Both the position numbers and the translations under genes were made by a program. The notes below the pieces were generated by a model. It worked only from the letters and a program-made list of their open reading frames with translations, ran no database searches and was not told where the DNA came from. A DNA stretch of 64,000 bases, from the NCBI GenBank assembly GCA_036229005.1, contig JAZAMN010000006.1:1-64000 (forward strand), in the 5' to 3' direction. The stretch is from Myxococcota bacterium. Its GTDB lineage: Bacteria > Myxococcota_A > UBA796 > CAJQPC01. Position 1 is the first letter of the stretch, and each line of letters opens with the position of its first letter. Below are positions 56,399 through 64,000 of this stretch, one piece after another.

Positions 56399-57367
56399 TT
56401 GCGCGGCTTCCTGGTCCTGGACAAGCCCGCTGGCCCCACCTCCCACGACCTCGTCGGCATCCTGCGTTCGCTGATCGGGGTCAAGCGGGTAGGGCACACC
56501 GGCACGCTGGACCCTTTCGCCACCGGCGTGCTCCCCCTGGCCATCGGTCCGGCCACGCGCCTGATCTCTTTCCTGGATGAGGCGAGCAAGGGCTACGAGG
56601 CCGATCTCACGCTGGGGCAAGCCACCGAGACCGGTGACCTGGAGGGCACCGTCGTGGAGACCGGTCCCATCGTCGAGGTCACCGGGTTCGACGCTGTGGC
56701 CTCGGACTTTGTCGGCGAGCTGACCCAGCGGGCGCCGCCCTACTCGGCGGTCAAGGTCGACGGCAAGCCCCTGTACAAGTACGCCCGCGAGGGGGATCTG
56801 CGCTGGGGTCCCGAGCGCAGCATCCAGGTCTCCGCAATCGAGCGGCTGCCCAGCGAGACGCCGGGCTGCCTGCGCTTCTCGGTGCAGTGCAGCCGGGGCA
56901 CCTACGTACGCGTTCTGGGCATGGACATCGCCAAGGCGATGCGGACGGTGGGGCACCTGAGCGCGCTGCGGCGCACCCACTCGGGGGCCTTCCACATCAA
57001 GCAAGCCCTGGGCATCGAGGATCTGGCCGAGGCGGCCACCGGGTCCCGCGACTGGCGCAAGGCCTTCGCTCGGGACCGCAATGAGCGCCTGCCGCGGGTG
57101 CCTCGCGAGGAGATCCGCGCCTTCATCCAGCAGCACCTCGTTGGCATCCAGGAGGCCTTCTCGGGGTGGGAGGTGCAGGAGTGCTCGGAGGGTGAGGCCC
57201 GGCGTGTGCGGGACGGGATCTCGCCTCCCTCCAAGCTCCCGGTGGGGACCCGGCTGCTGCTGATGCGGCAGGGGGAGGTGCTCGCGCTGGGAGAGCGGCA
57301 GCCCCACAAGGGCGGGGTGCGGACCCGGCTCTTGCGCGTGTTGCCCCCCTTGACCCCGGAGCCTTGA
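56399..57367 (+). CDS. truB: tRNA pseudouridine(55) synthase
   Basis: DKPAGPTSH, GHTGTLDPFATGVL, PPYSAVK, CSRGTYVR. Confidence 0.95.
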   Translation: MRGFLVLDKPAGPTSHDLVGILRSLIGVKRVGHTGTLDPFATGVLPLAIGPATRLISFLDEASKGYEADLTLGQATETGDLEGTVVETGPIVEVTGFDAVASDFVGELTQRAPPYSAVKVDGKPLYKYAREGDLRWGPERSIQVSAIERLPSETPGCLRFSVQCSRGTYVRVLGMDIAKAMRTVGHLSALRRTHSGAFHIKQALGIEDLAEAATGSRDWRKAFARDRNERLPRVPREEIRAFIQQHLVGIQEAFSGWEVQECSEGEARRVRDGISPPSKLPVGTRLLLMRQGEVLALGERQPHKGGVRTRLLRVLPPLTPEP

Positions 57368-57501
57368 GGGGCTAAGTGGGGGCCGACTGGGGATAGATTC
57401 CGACGGCCTCTGCGGCTGGGCGAGATGGCGGCCACCCCCAGGGCCGTCGCGCCAACTCACCCCGCTGCGGTTGCCGCATACCAACACTGAGAGAGAACAC
57501 C

Positions 57502-57771
57502 ATGGCGCTCCACGCCTCCCAGAAGGCCAGCATCGTCGCCGAGTACGCCACCCACGAGGGTGACACCGGCTCCCCCGAGGTGCAGATCGCGCTGCTCACC
57601 GCTCGCATCCGCCAGCTCACCGAGCACTTCCGCGATCACAAGCAGGACAACCACTCCCGCCGCGGGCTGCTCAAGCTCGTCGGTCAGCGTCGTCGCCTGC
57701 AGCGCTACCTCAAGAACAAGGACGAGGCTCGCTACGCCGAGCTGATCAAGCGCCTGGGTCTCCGCCGCTGA
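57502..57771 (+). CDS. rpsO: 30S ribosomal protein S15
   Basis: [31 protein letters not shown]. Confidence 0.98.
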   Translation: MALHASQKASIVAEYATHEGDTGSPEVQIALLTARIRQLTEHFRDHKQDNHSRRGLLKLVGQRRRLQRYLKNKDEARYAELIKRLGLRR

Positions 57772-57777
57772 GTCCTT

Positions 57778-57813
57778 CGAGAGGTCGGGTCACTCCGGCC
57801 TCTCGCTCTTTGT
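57778..57813 (+). terminator. stem-loop after rpsO (terminator-like)
   Basis: CGAGAGGTCGG / CCGGCCTCTCG 11-bp stem followed by CTCTTTGT. Confidence 0.65.
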
Positions 57814-58073
57814 GGGGGCGCTCGCTCAAGGCAGGGCCCCCACAGGTCGAAGCGAGGCTTCGGCACCGCGCAAGCGGAACGATCTACATCTCATCAACGC
57901 GTCGTCGACAACCGTCCTCCTCGTACTCCTCCGCGGACTGAGCGTGAGGGTTCACCTCTCGGGCTCATTCCGAGAAGGTCTACGGGGACTCAAGGGGGGC
58001 AGGGGTCGGCGACACCCCAAGAATGGACCGCATCCCCGCAGTGGGGGTGGGTCCACGCAATAGGAGTACGCCC

Positions 58074-60185
58074 ATGCATGGCGTGAACGAACACTCTGTC
58101 TCCGTCGAGATCGGCGGCCAGACCCTCACCTTCTCCACCGGCAAGTACGCCAAGCAGGCGCACGGTGCCGTCGTCGTCGACGTCGCGGACTCCCGCGTCC
58201 TGGTCACCGCGGTGTGCATGCACACCCCGACCCGCTTCGACTTCATGCCCCTGACCGTCGACTACGTCGACAAGGAGGGCGCCCGCGGCTCCATCCCCGG
58301 TGGCTTCCTCAAGCGCGAGGGCCGGGGCAACGAGCGCACCACGCTGATCAGCCGCGTCATCGACCGGCCCATCCGCCCCCTCTTCCCCAAGCACTTCCGC
58401 AACGAGACCCAGATCATCGCGACGGTCATGTCCTACGACAAGGACTTCGAGACCGACTGGATGAGCCTCTGCGGTGCCTCCGCGGCTCTGCACATCTCCG
58501 ACGCCCCCGTGAAGGAGGCCGTCGCCGGCGTGCGCATCTGCCAGGTCGACGGTGAGCTGGTCGTCAACCCCAGCTTCGAGGCCCGCCGCGCCTCCACCCT
58601 GAACATCATCGTGGCCGGCACCGCCGAGGCCATCATCATGGTCGAGGGTGGCGCCAACGAGGTGTCCGAGTCCGTGATGCTGGACGCGCTGGATCTGGCC
58701 CATGAGAACATCAAGGCCATCATCGGCGCCCTGGACGAGCTCCGCGCCAAGGCCGGCGTGCCCAAGCGTGAGGTGGCTGCTGCCCCCGCCGCTCCCTCCG
58801 ACATCGCCGAGAAGGTCGCCGCCTTCGCCGACAAGGTCAAGGAGGCCCAGAGCGTCAAGGCCAAGCACGAGCGCAAGGCCGCCCTGTCCGCCGTCAAGGA
58901 CGAGGTCGTGGCTGCCCTGACCGAGGGCGTGTCCGAGGACGAGCTCGAGGCTCTGACCAACGACGTCAAGGCCGCTTTCTCCTCCCTGGACAAGAAGGTC
59001 ATGCGCGACCGCGTCATCGGCGAGGGCGTCCGCATCGACGGCCGCGCCACCGACGAGATCCGCGACATCTGGTCCGAGGTCGGTGTGGCCGAGCGCGCCC
59101 ACGGCTCCGCCATCTTCACCCGCGGCGAGACCCAGGCCTTCTGCACCATCGCCATGGGCACCGAGCGCGACAACCAGCGCATCGACTGGGCCGGCGCCCA
59201 CGAGCCCTTCCGCAACTGGATGCTGACCTACAGCTTCCCCCCCTTCTGCACCGGCGAGGCCCGCCCCCTGCGCGCCCCCAAGCGCCGCGAGGTCGGTCAC
59301 GGCGCCCTGGCGCACCGCGCCGTCGAGCCCGTGCTGCCCAGCTTCGAGGACTTCCCCTACGTGCTGCGCTCCACGGTCGACGTGCTGGAGAGCAACGGCT
59401 CCTCCTCCATGGCCACCGTGTGCTCCTCCGTGCTGGCGCTGATGGACGCGGGTGTGCCCATCAAGGCCCCCGTGGCCGGCATCGCCATGGGCCTGATCAA
59501 GGAGGGTGATGAGTTCGCCGTCCTCTCCGACATCCTGGGCGACGAGGACCACCTCGGCGACATGGACTTCAAGGTGACCGGCACCCGCGAGGGCATCACC
59601 GCCTTCCAGATGGACTGCAAGATCGCCGGTGTCCCCCGCGAGGTCATGGCCAAGGCCCTGAACCAGGCGCGCGAGGGCCGCATCCACATCCTGGACGAGA
59701 TGGGCAAGTGCCTGGAGGCTCCCCGCGGTGAGCTCTCCCAGCACGCTCCCCGCATCACCAGCCTGATGATCAAGCCGGACAAGATCCGCGACCTGATCGG
59801 CCCCGGCGGCAAGGTGATCCGCGGCATCCAGGAGAAGACCAACACCACCCTGAACGTGGACGACAACGGCCGCGTGCAGATCGCCGCAGTGAACGGTGAG
59901 GACGCCGACAAGGCCCTGGCAATGATCCGCGAGATCACCCAGGAGGCCGAGCTCGGCAAGCTCTACATGGGCGTGGTCAAGCGCGTGGTGGACTTCGGCG
60001 CATTCGTCGAGATCTTCCCCGGCACCGACGGCCTGGTGCACATCAGCCACCTGGCCCAGGAGCGCGTGGACAAGGTGACCGACGTGGTGAACGAGGGCGA
60101 CGAGCTGCTGGTTCGCGTCATCGACATCGACAAGTCCGGCAAGATCCGCCTGAGCCGCAAGGAGGCTCTGGACGTCTCCGCCTGA
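58074..60185 (+). CDS. pnp: polyribonucleotide nucleotidyltransferase
   Basis: RVIDRPIRPLF, FTRGETQ, RREVGHG, SNGSSSMA, GDMDFKV, KH and S1 domains; TAGGAG RBS. Confidence 0.98.
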   Translation: MHGVNEHSVSVEIGGQTLTFSTGKYAKQAHGAVVVDVADSRVLVTAVCMHTPTRFDFMPLTVDYVDKEGARGSIPGGFLKREGRGNERTTLISRVIDRPIRPLFPKHFRNETQIIATVMSYDKDFETDWMSLCGASAALHISDAPVKEAVAGVRICQVDGELVVNPSFEARRASTLNIIVAGTAEAIIMVEGGANEVSESVMLDALDLAHENIKAIIGALDELRAKAGVPKREVAAAPAAPSDIAEKVAAFADKVKEAQSVKAKHERKAALSAVKDEVVAALTEGVSEDELEALTNDVKAAFSSLDKKVMRDRVIGEGVRIDGRATDEIRDIWSEVGVAERAHGSAIFTRGETQAFCTIAMGTERDNQRIDWAGAHEPFRNWMLTYSFPPFCTGEARPLRAPKRREVGHGALAHRAVEPVLPSFEDFPYVLRSTVDVLESNGSSSMATVCSSVLALMDAGVPIKAPVAGIAMGLIKEGDEFAVLSDILGDEDHLGDMDFKVTGTREGITAFQMDCKIAGVPREVMAKALNQAREGRIHILDEMGKCLEAPRGELSQHAPRITSLMIKPDKIRDLIGPGGKVIRGIQEKTNTTLNVDDNGRVQIAAVNGEDADKALAMIREITQEAELGKLYMGVVKRVVDFGAFVEIFPGTDGLVHISHLAQERVDKVTDVVNEGDELLVRVIDIDKSGKIRLSRKEALDVSA

Positions 60186-60207
60186 TGGTTGAGACGCTCC
60201 GGCGTTA

Positions 60208-60245
60208 GAAGGGGTGGGCCCGCATGGGTCCGCCCCTTTTCCTTT
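60208..60245 (+). terminator. intrinsic terminator after pnp
   Basis: AAGGGGTGGGCCC-GCAT-GGGTCCGCCCCTTTT. Confidence 0.75.
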
Positions 60246-60260
60246 CACGGAGCCCCCGAA

Positions 60261-60716
60261 ATGTCCCGCCCCACCGTCCGCTTTCAGCGCCTGCCCCACA
60301 ACACCGACCTGCCTCTGCCGGCCTACCAGACCGAAGGCAGCGCGGGCATGGATCTCCGGGCGGCGCTTGGGGAGGAGCTGGTCCTGCAGCCCCTGCAGCG
60401 GGTGGCCGTACCGACGGGGCTGCGCATTGAGCTCCCGCACGGGTACGAGGGCCAGGTCCGCGCGAGGTCAGGCTTGGCCTACAAGAAGGGGCTGGCCGTG
60501 ATCAACGGACCGGGGACCATCGACTGGGACTACCGGGGGGAGCTCAAGGTGCTGCTCACCAACCTGGACCCGGAGCCCCAGACCATCGCGCCGGGGGAGC
60601 GCATCGCGCAGCTTGTGGTCGTCCCGGTGGTGCAGGCCGAGGTCGTGGAGGTCGCCGAGATCACCTCGACGACGGAGCGGGGTGCTGGGGGGTTCGGGTC
60701 AACCGGCACCCGATAG
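60261..60716 (+). CDS. dut: dUTP diphosphatase
   Basis: [35 protein letters not shown]. Confidence 0.96.
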   Translation: MSRPTVRFQRLPHNTDLPLPAYQTEGSAGMDLRAALGEELVLQPLQRVAVPTGLRIELPHGYEGQVRARSGLAYKKGLAVINGPGTIDWDYRGELKVLLTNLDPEPQTIAPGERIAQLVVVPVVQAEVVEVAEITSTTERGAGGFGSTGTR

Positions 60717-60810
60717 GGGGCCGAGCGGACCAGCGGTGGGCCCCAGAGCAGAGCGGCCGACCCCGAAGGGCCGGCCGCGTCCGTGCCAAGCGGTACCTCG
60801 ACCCGAGGGA

Positions 60811-61521
60811 TCAGAGGTAGCCGTTGTCCACGTAGTAGGGGCACTCGCCGTAGCAGAAGTTGCTCACGCCGTCGCTCAGGCACTGGAACCCGGCGGGGCA
60901 GCTATCCGCGTTGTTCGGGTTGCAGGTGGGCATGCAGAAGTCCTCGTGGCAGAGGTTCTGGTAGCAGTAGCGGCCGTTGACCCAGTCCTCGCCGTAGGTG
61001 GAGCCGGCGGGGCACTCGGAGGCGCTGTTGACGTACTGGATAATGAAGGGGTCGCAGGTCTCGTTGCCGCTGCACTGCCCATCGCCGCTGCAGGTCTTGT
61101 CCGTGGCGTAGGCAACGCAGGCCTCGGTCCCCGAGCAGCCGGTCCAGAGCTCCATGCTGTCGCAGTTCTGGGAGCACAGGTCGATCGGGGAGTCGTAGCA
61201 CTGCCCGGTCACCGAGTCGCAGAGCTGCCCCACCGCGCAGTCCAGCTCCGCCGTCCGGCAGGCGCTGTCTTCGCACTCGTGGGTCTGGGTGTTGCAGTCC
61301 TGGCCGGCCAGGCAGTCGTCATCGACCTCACAGCCGGCGCGGCAGACGTAGTTGCGGGGGTCGCAGAACTGCCCGATCTCGCACTCGGAGGACTCCAGGC
61401 ACTGAACGGTGGCGCAGGAGCCGTCCACGCAGGCCTGCCCCTCGTCGCAGTCGGTGATGTCCACGCACTCTGCGGTGCCAGCGCCGCCCTCGCAGGCGAG
61501 CATCATCAGAAGGAAGGTCAC
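60811..61521 (-). CDS. Cys-rich repeat lipoprotein
   Basis: GTGA overlap; MTFLLMMLAC; repeated CxxDxDCxxGQxC units. Confidence 0.8.
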   Translation of the reverse strand: MTFLLMMLACEGGAGTAECVDITDCDEGQACVDGSCATVQCLESSECEIGQFCDPRNYVCRAGCEVDDDCLAGQDCNTQTHECEDSACRTAELDCAVGQLCDSVTGQCYDSPIDLCSQNCDSMELWTGCSGTEACVAYATDKTCSGDGQCSGNETCDPFIIQYVNSASECPAGSTYGEDWVNGRYCYQNLCHEDFCMPTCNPNNADSCPAGFQCLSDGVSNFCYGECPYYVDNGYL

Positions 61522-62480
61522 TGGGCACCTCCGGTGTCGTCGGTGGAGCTGCCCTCGCCGGAGCAGAACTCGTCCTCGTTGCCAGCGCCGTAGTAGTAGC
61601 GGATGGCGATCTGGGCGTTGGGGGGCGGCATGTTGCTGCGGTCAAAGACCACGGCGGGCTGCTCATCCACGTGGGTGAAGGTCCAGGTGCCCTCGCTGCA
61701 GTCCACGGCGGTGTCGTCGATGGACACTTCGAGGGTGGAGACGTCAGGCTCCGCGCTCAGGTAGAAGGTGTCCTGCAGGCGGCTGGCGTTGAGCGAGAGC
61801 TCCGTGACGATGTCCGCGAAGTCGTTGGCGCAGATGTTTCCGATGACGCCGTCGGTCTCGGAGGCCATGTCGATGTAGCGGTCGCCCTTTGTGGAGTACG
61901 CGTCGCAGCCGTTGGGGTCGGTCACGATGAGCGAGCTGGCGTTGAAGACGTCGCGGGAGCGGGCGCCCTTGATGTCCTCGAAGGCCCGGATGTACTCGTA
62001 GACGGGCAGGGGAGAGCTGTCCTCTTCGTCCGAGACGAAGATGATGGACAGGGAGGCGTCGTCGCGCAGGAAGCCCGGGTTCTTGCTGCCGGAGAGCGCC
62101 AGGTAGGCGGCCTCCAGGCCCATCTCAGAGGCGGAGCCGCTGGTGCCGACCTGCACGATGTCCTTGAAGATCTCAGCGCCGTTGGGCGTGTCCGGGGTGA
62201 CGACCTGCCCGACCAGCGTGCCCGCCTGGGCCTTCACGACGTCGGTGGTGACCACGCCGATCTGGTAGCCGATGTTGGCGTCGGTGAAGTAGCTGATGAA
62301 CTGCTCGAAGTTGGTCGAGAGCTTGTCCTGGTAGGGCTGCATGGAGCCGCTGTCGTCGATGACCAGGAGGATGTCGACCTCGGACGCGGGGTCCTGATAG
62401 AAGACATCGGTGCCGTCGTAGAGCACGAGCTCGTAGTCGGAGCAGCCAAGAAAAGACAGCGCGAGAAGCGCAAGGTGCAT
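61518..62480 (-). CDS. vWA-domain lipoprotein (CglB-like)
   Basis: MHLALLALSFLGC; VDILLVIDDSGSM MIDAS motif; GVVTTD, FLRDDASL, SDEEDSS. Confidence 0.82.
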   Translation of the reverse strand: MHLALLALSFLGCSDYELVLYDGTDVFYQDPASEVDILLVIDDSGSMQPYQDKLSTNFEQFISYFTDANIGYQIGVVTTDVVKAQAGTLVGQVVTPDTPNGAEIFKDIVQVGTSGSASEMGLEAAYLALSGSKNPGFLRDDASLSIIFVSDEEDSSPLPVYEYIRAFEDIKGARSRDVFNASSLIVTDPNGCDAYSTKGDRYIDMASETDGVIGNICANDFADIVTELSLNASRLQDTFYLSAEPDVSTLEVSIDDTAVDCSEGTWTFTHVDEQPAVVFDRSNMPPPNAQIAIRYYYGAGNEDEFCSGEGSSTDDTGGAQ

Positions 62481-62569
62481 GATTTCTCCTTCACCTGCCG
62501 GAGAGCACGGCAAGATGCCCCGTAGATCCCGATACGTCAAGCCCTTGTTGTGGAGCCTCGCGCAGTCCT

Positions 62570-63082
62570 GTGGATAGTCAGCGTCCCCCCATCTCGCGCC
62601 ACCTGGACCGTTGGATGACGCGCGGGCTGCGTCTGGCTGGGCGTGTCCTCGGGCGGCCCAGCGATGACCTGCTGCAGCAGCTCACCGGGAGGCAACGCGG
62701 TGGCCCCGCTGGTGTTCAGGGCTCCGCAAGCTATCTGCACCACCTGGAGACCGGTAGGCGCGCGCTGGAGACGGGGCAGCTCGGGGAGGCGCTGTTCCAC
62801 TTCTCCCAGGCCACCGAGCTCGCGCCCGAGCAGTCTTGGGGCTGGCACGGTCGGGGCGACGCGCTGCAGCTCTCGGGGCAGCACCAGGGAGCGCGGGAGG
62901 CCTACGAGCGGGCTGTGGAGCTGTCACCGGATCAGGCCCTGCACCACGGGGCGCTTGGGAACGCACTCCACGCCTTGGGATTGCGCGCCGCAGCCGAGGA
63001 CACCTGGAGGCACGCGCTCACCCTGGAGCCCGGCTTGGAGCTGGCTTTGCAGGGCTTGGAGCGCCTGGAGCAGGGCAGGTGA
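62570..63082 (+). CDS. TPR-repeat protein
   Basis: Repeats such as WGWHGRGDAL...AREAYERAVELSP. Confidence 0.78.
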   Translation: MDSQRPPISRHLDRWMTRGLRLAGRVLGRPSDDLLQQLTGRQRGGPAGVQGSASYLHHLETGRRALETGQLGEALFHFSQATELAPEQSWGWHGRGDALQLSGQHQGAREAYERAVELSPDQALHHGALGNALHALGLRAAAEDTWRHALTLEPGLELALQGLERLEQGR

Positions 63083-63134
63083 GGGGAGCACTCCGCGCTG
63101 GGTCGGTTATCAGCCCGGGACCAGGAGACTCCAC

Positions 63135-64000
63135 ATGCTCGAGACGCTGTCTGATGGCTTCCGCAAGGCCCGACTCAAGGTCCAGGGCAAGACCGAGCTG
63201 AACGAAGACAACATCGCCGACGCGCTGCGTGATGTGCGCGTGTCCCTCCTCGAAGCCGACGTCGAGCTCGGCGTGGTCAAGGCCTTCTTGGCCCGGGTCA
63301 AGGAGCGGAGCCTGGGCGATGTCGTGACCCTCAAGGGCACCGGCAAGAACAAGGGCACCAAGCTCAGCGCTGGCGATCACTTCATCAAGGTCTGCCACGA
63401 CGAGCTGATGAGCCTGATGGGGCCGGTGGACACCTCGCTGGAGCTGTCCGGCGAGCCCGCGCTCATCATGATGTGCGGCCTGCAGGGCTCCGGCAAGACC
63501 ACCACCTCGGGCAAGCTCGCCAAGCGCCTGCTGGCCCAGGGCCGCAAGCCCATGCTGGTGGCCGCCGACATCTACCGCCCGGCCGCGATCGACCAGCTCA
63601 TGACCCTGGGCCGCAAGCTGGGCGTGCCCGTGTTCTCGATCAAGGGCATGGACCCCGTGCAGCTCTGCAAGCTGGCGGTGACCCAGGCGCGCAACGTGGG
63701 CCGCGACACGGTGATCTTCGACACCGCCGGCCGCCTGGCGATCGACAACGCCCTGATGCAGGAGCTGGTCGACATCAAGGCGCAGACCAAGCCGGACAAC
63801 ATCCTGTTCGTCTGCGACGCGATGATCGGTCAGGACGCCGTGCGCACCGCCAAGGAGTTCGACGCCAAGCTGGACTTCACCGGCTTCGTGCTGACCAAGC
63901 TGGACGGCGACGCCCGCGGCGGTGCAGCGCTCTCCATCAAGGAGGTCACCGGCAAGCCCATCAAGTTCCTGGGCATGGGCGAGGGCCTGGGCGAGCTGGA
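63135..64000 (+). CDS. ffh: signal recognition particle protein (3' truncated by the window edge)
   Basis: Read directly from the sequence: MLETLS..., LLEADV, GLQGSGKTT, DIYRPAA, DTAGR, TKLDGDARGG; AGGAG RBS. Confidence 0.97.
   Translation, partial: MLETLSDGFRKARLKVQGKTELNEDNIADALRDVRVSLLEADVELGVVKAFLARVKERSLGDVVTLKGTGKNKGTKLSAGDHFIKVCHDELMSLMGPVDTSLELSGEPALIMMCGLQGSGKTTTSGKLAKRLLAQGRKPMLVAADIYRPAAIDQLMTLGRKLGVPVFSIKGMDPVQLCKLAVTQARNVGRDTVIFDTAGRLAIDNALMQELVDIKAQTKPDNILFVCDAMIGQDAVRTAKEFDAKLDFTGFVLTKLDGDARGGAALSIKEVTGKPIKFLGMGEGLGEL

Noticed and set aside
63083..63134. SRP RNA next to ffh
   Set aside because: The gap is too short and lacks the conserved SRP domain IV motif

Overview
High-GC bacterial chromosomal window. 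Gene content (MopE-type Cys/Asp repeat lipoproteins, CarD/CdnL, a CglB-like vWA lipoprotein, pnp-dut synteny) suggests a Myxococcota-like lineage; this is inference. About 62 CDSs are densely packed. Housekeeping genes: glk, pfkA, ndh, trmB, moaDE, murG, an Mla-type ABC cluster, rpmB, rbfA-truB-rpsO-pnp-dut and partial ffh. A roughly 14.7 kb block (8083-22742) encodes large acidic surface lipoproteins. No rRNA, tRNA, CRISPR array, transposase or integrase was recognised. Best leads: (1) a lipoprotein homologue of animal-type protein-arginine deiminase with an intact catalytic tetrad, translationally coupled to a secreted HEAT-repeat protein; (2) a roughly 340 bp non-coding element of eleven 31-bp units, 6 forward and 5 inverted about a single axis; (3) ultra-short lipoprotein signal peptides without Lys/Arg across the whole window; (4) a JAB/MPN-DinG helicase fusion lacking one Fe-S cysteine; (5) a biotin-carboxylase pseudo-enzyme leading the rbfA operon; (6) two interrupted genes, one with an in-frame TGA at a lipobox Cys position and one frameshifted AstE/AspA. 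All family calls are by-eye motif recognition; no database searches were run.
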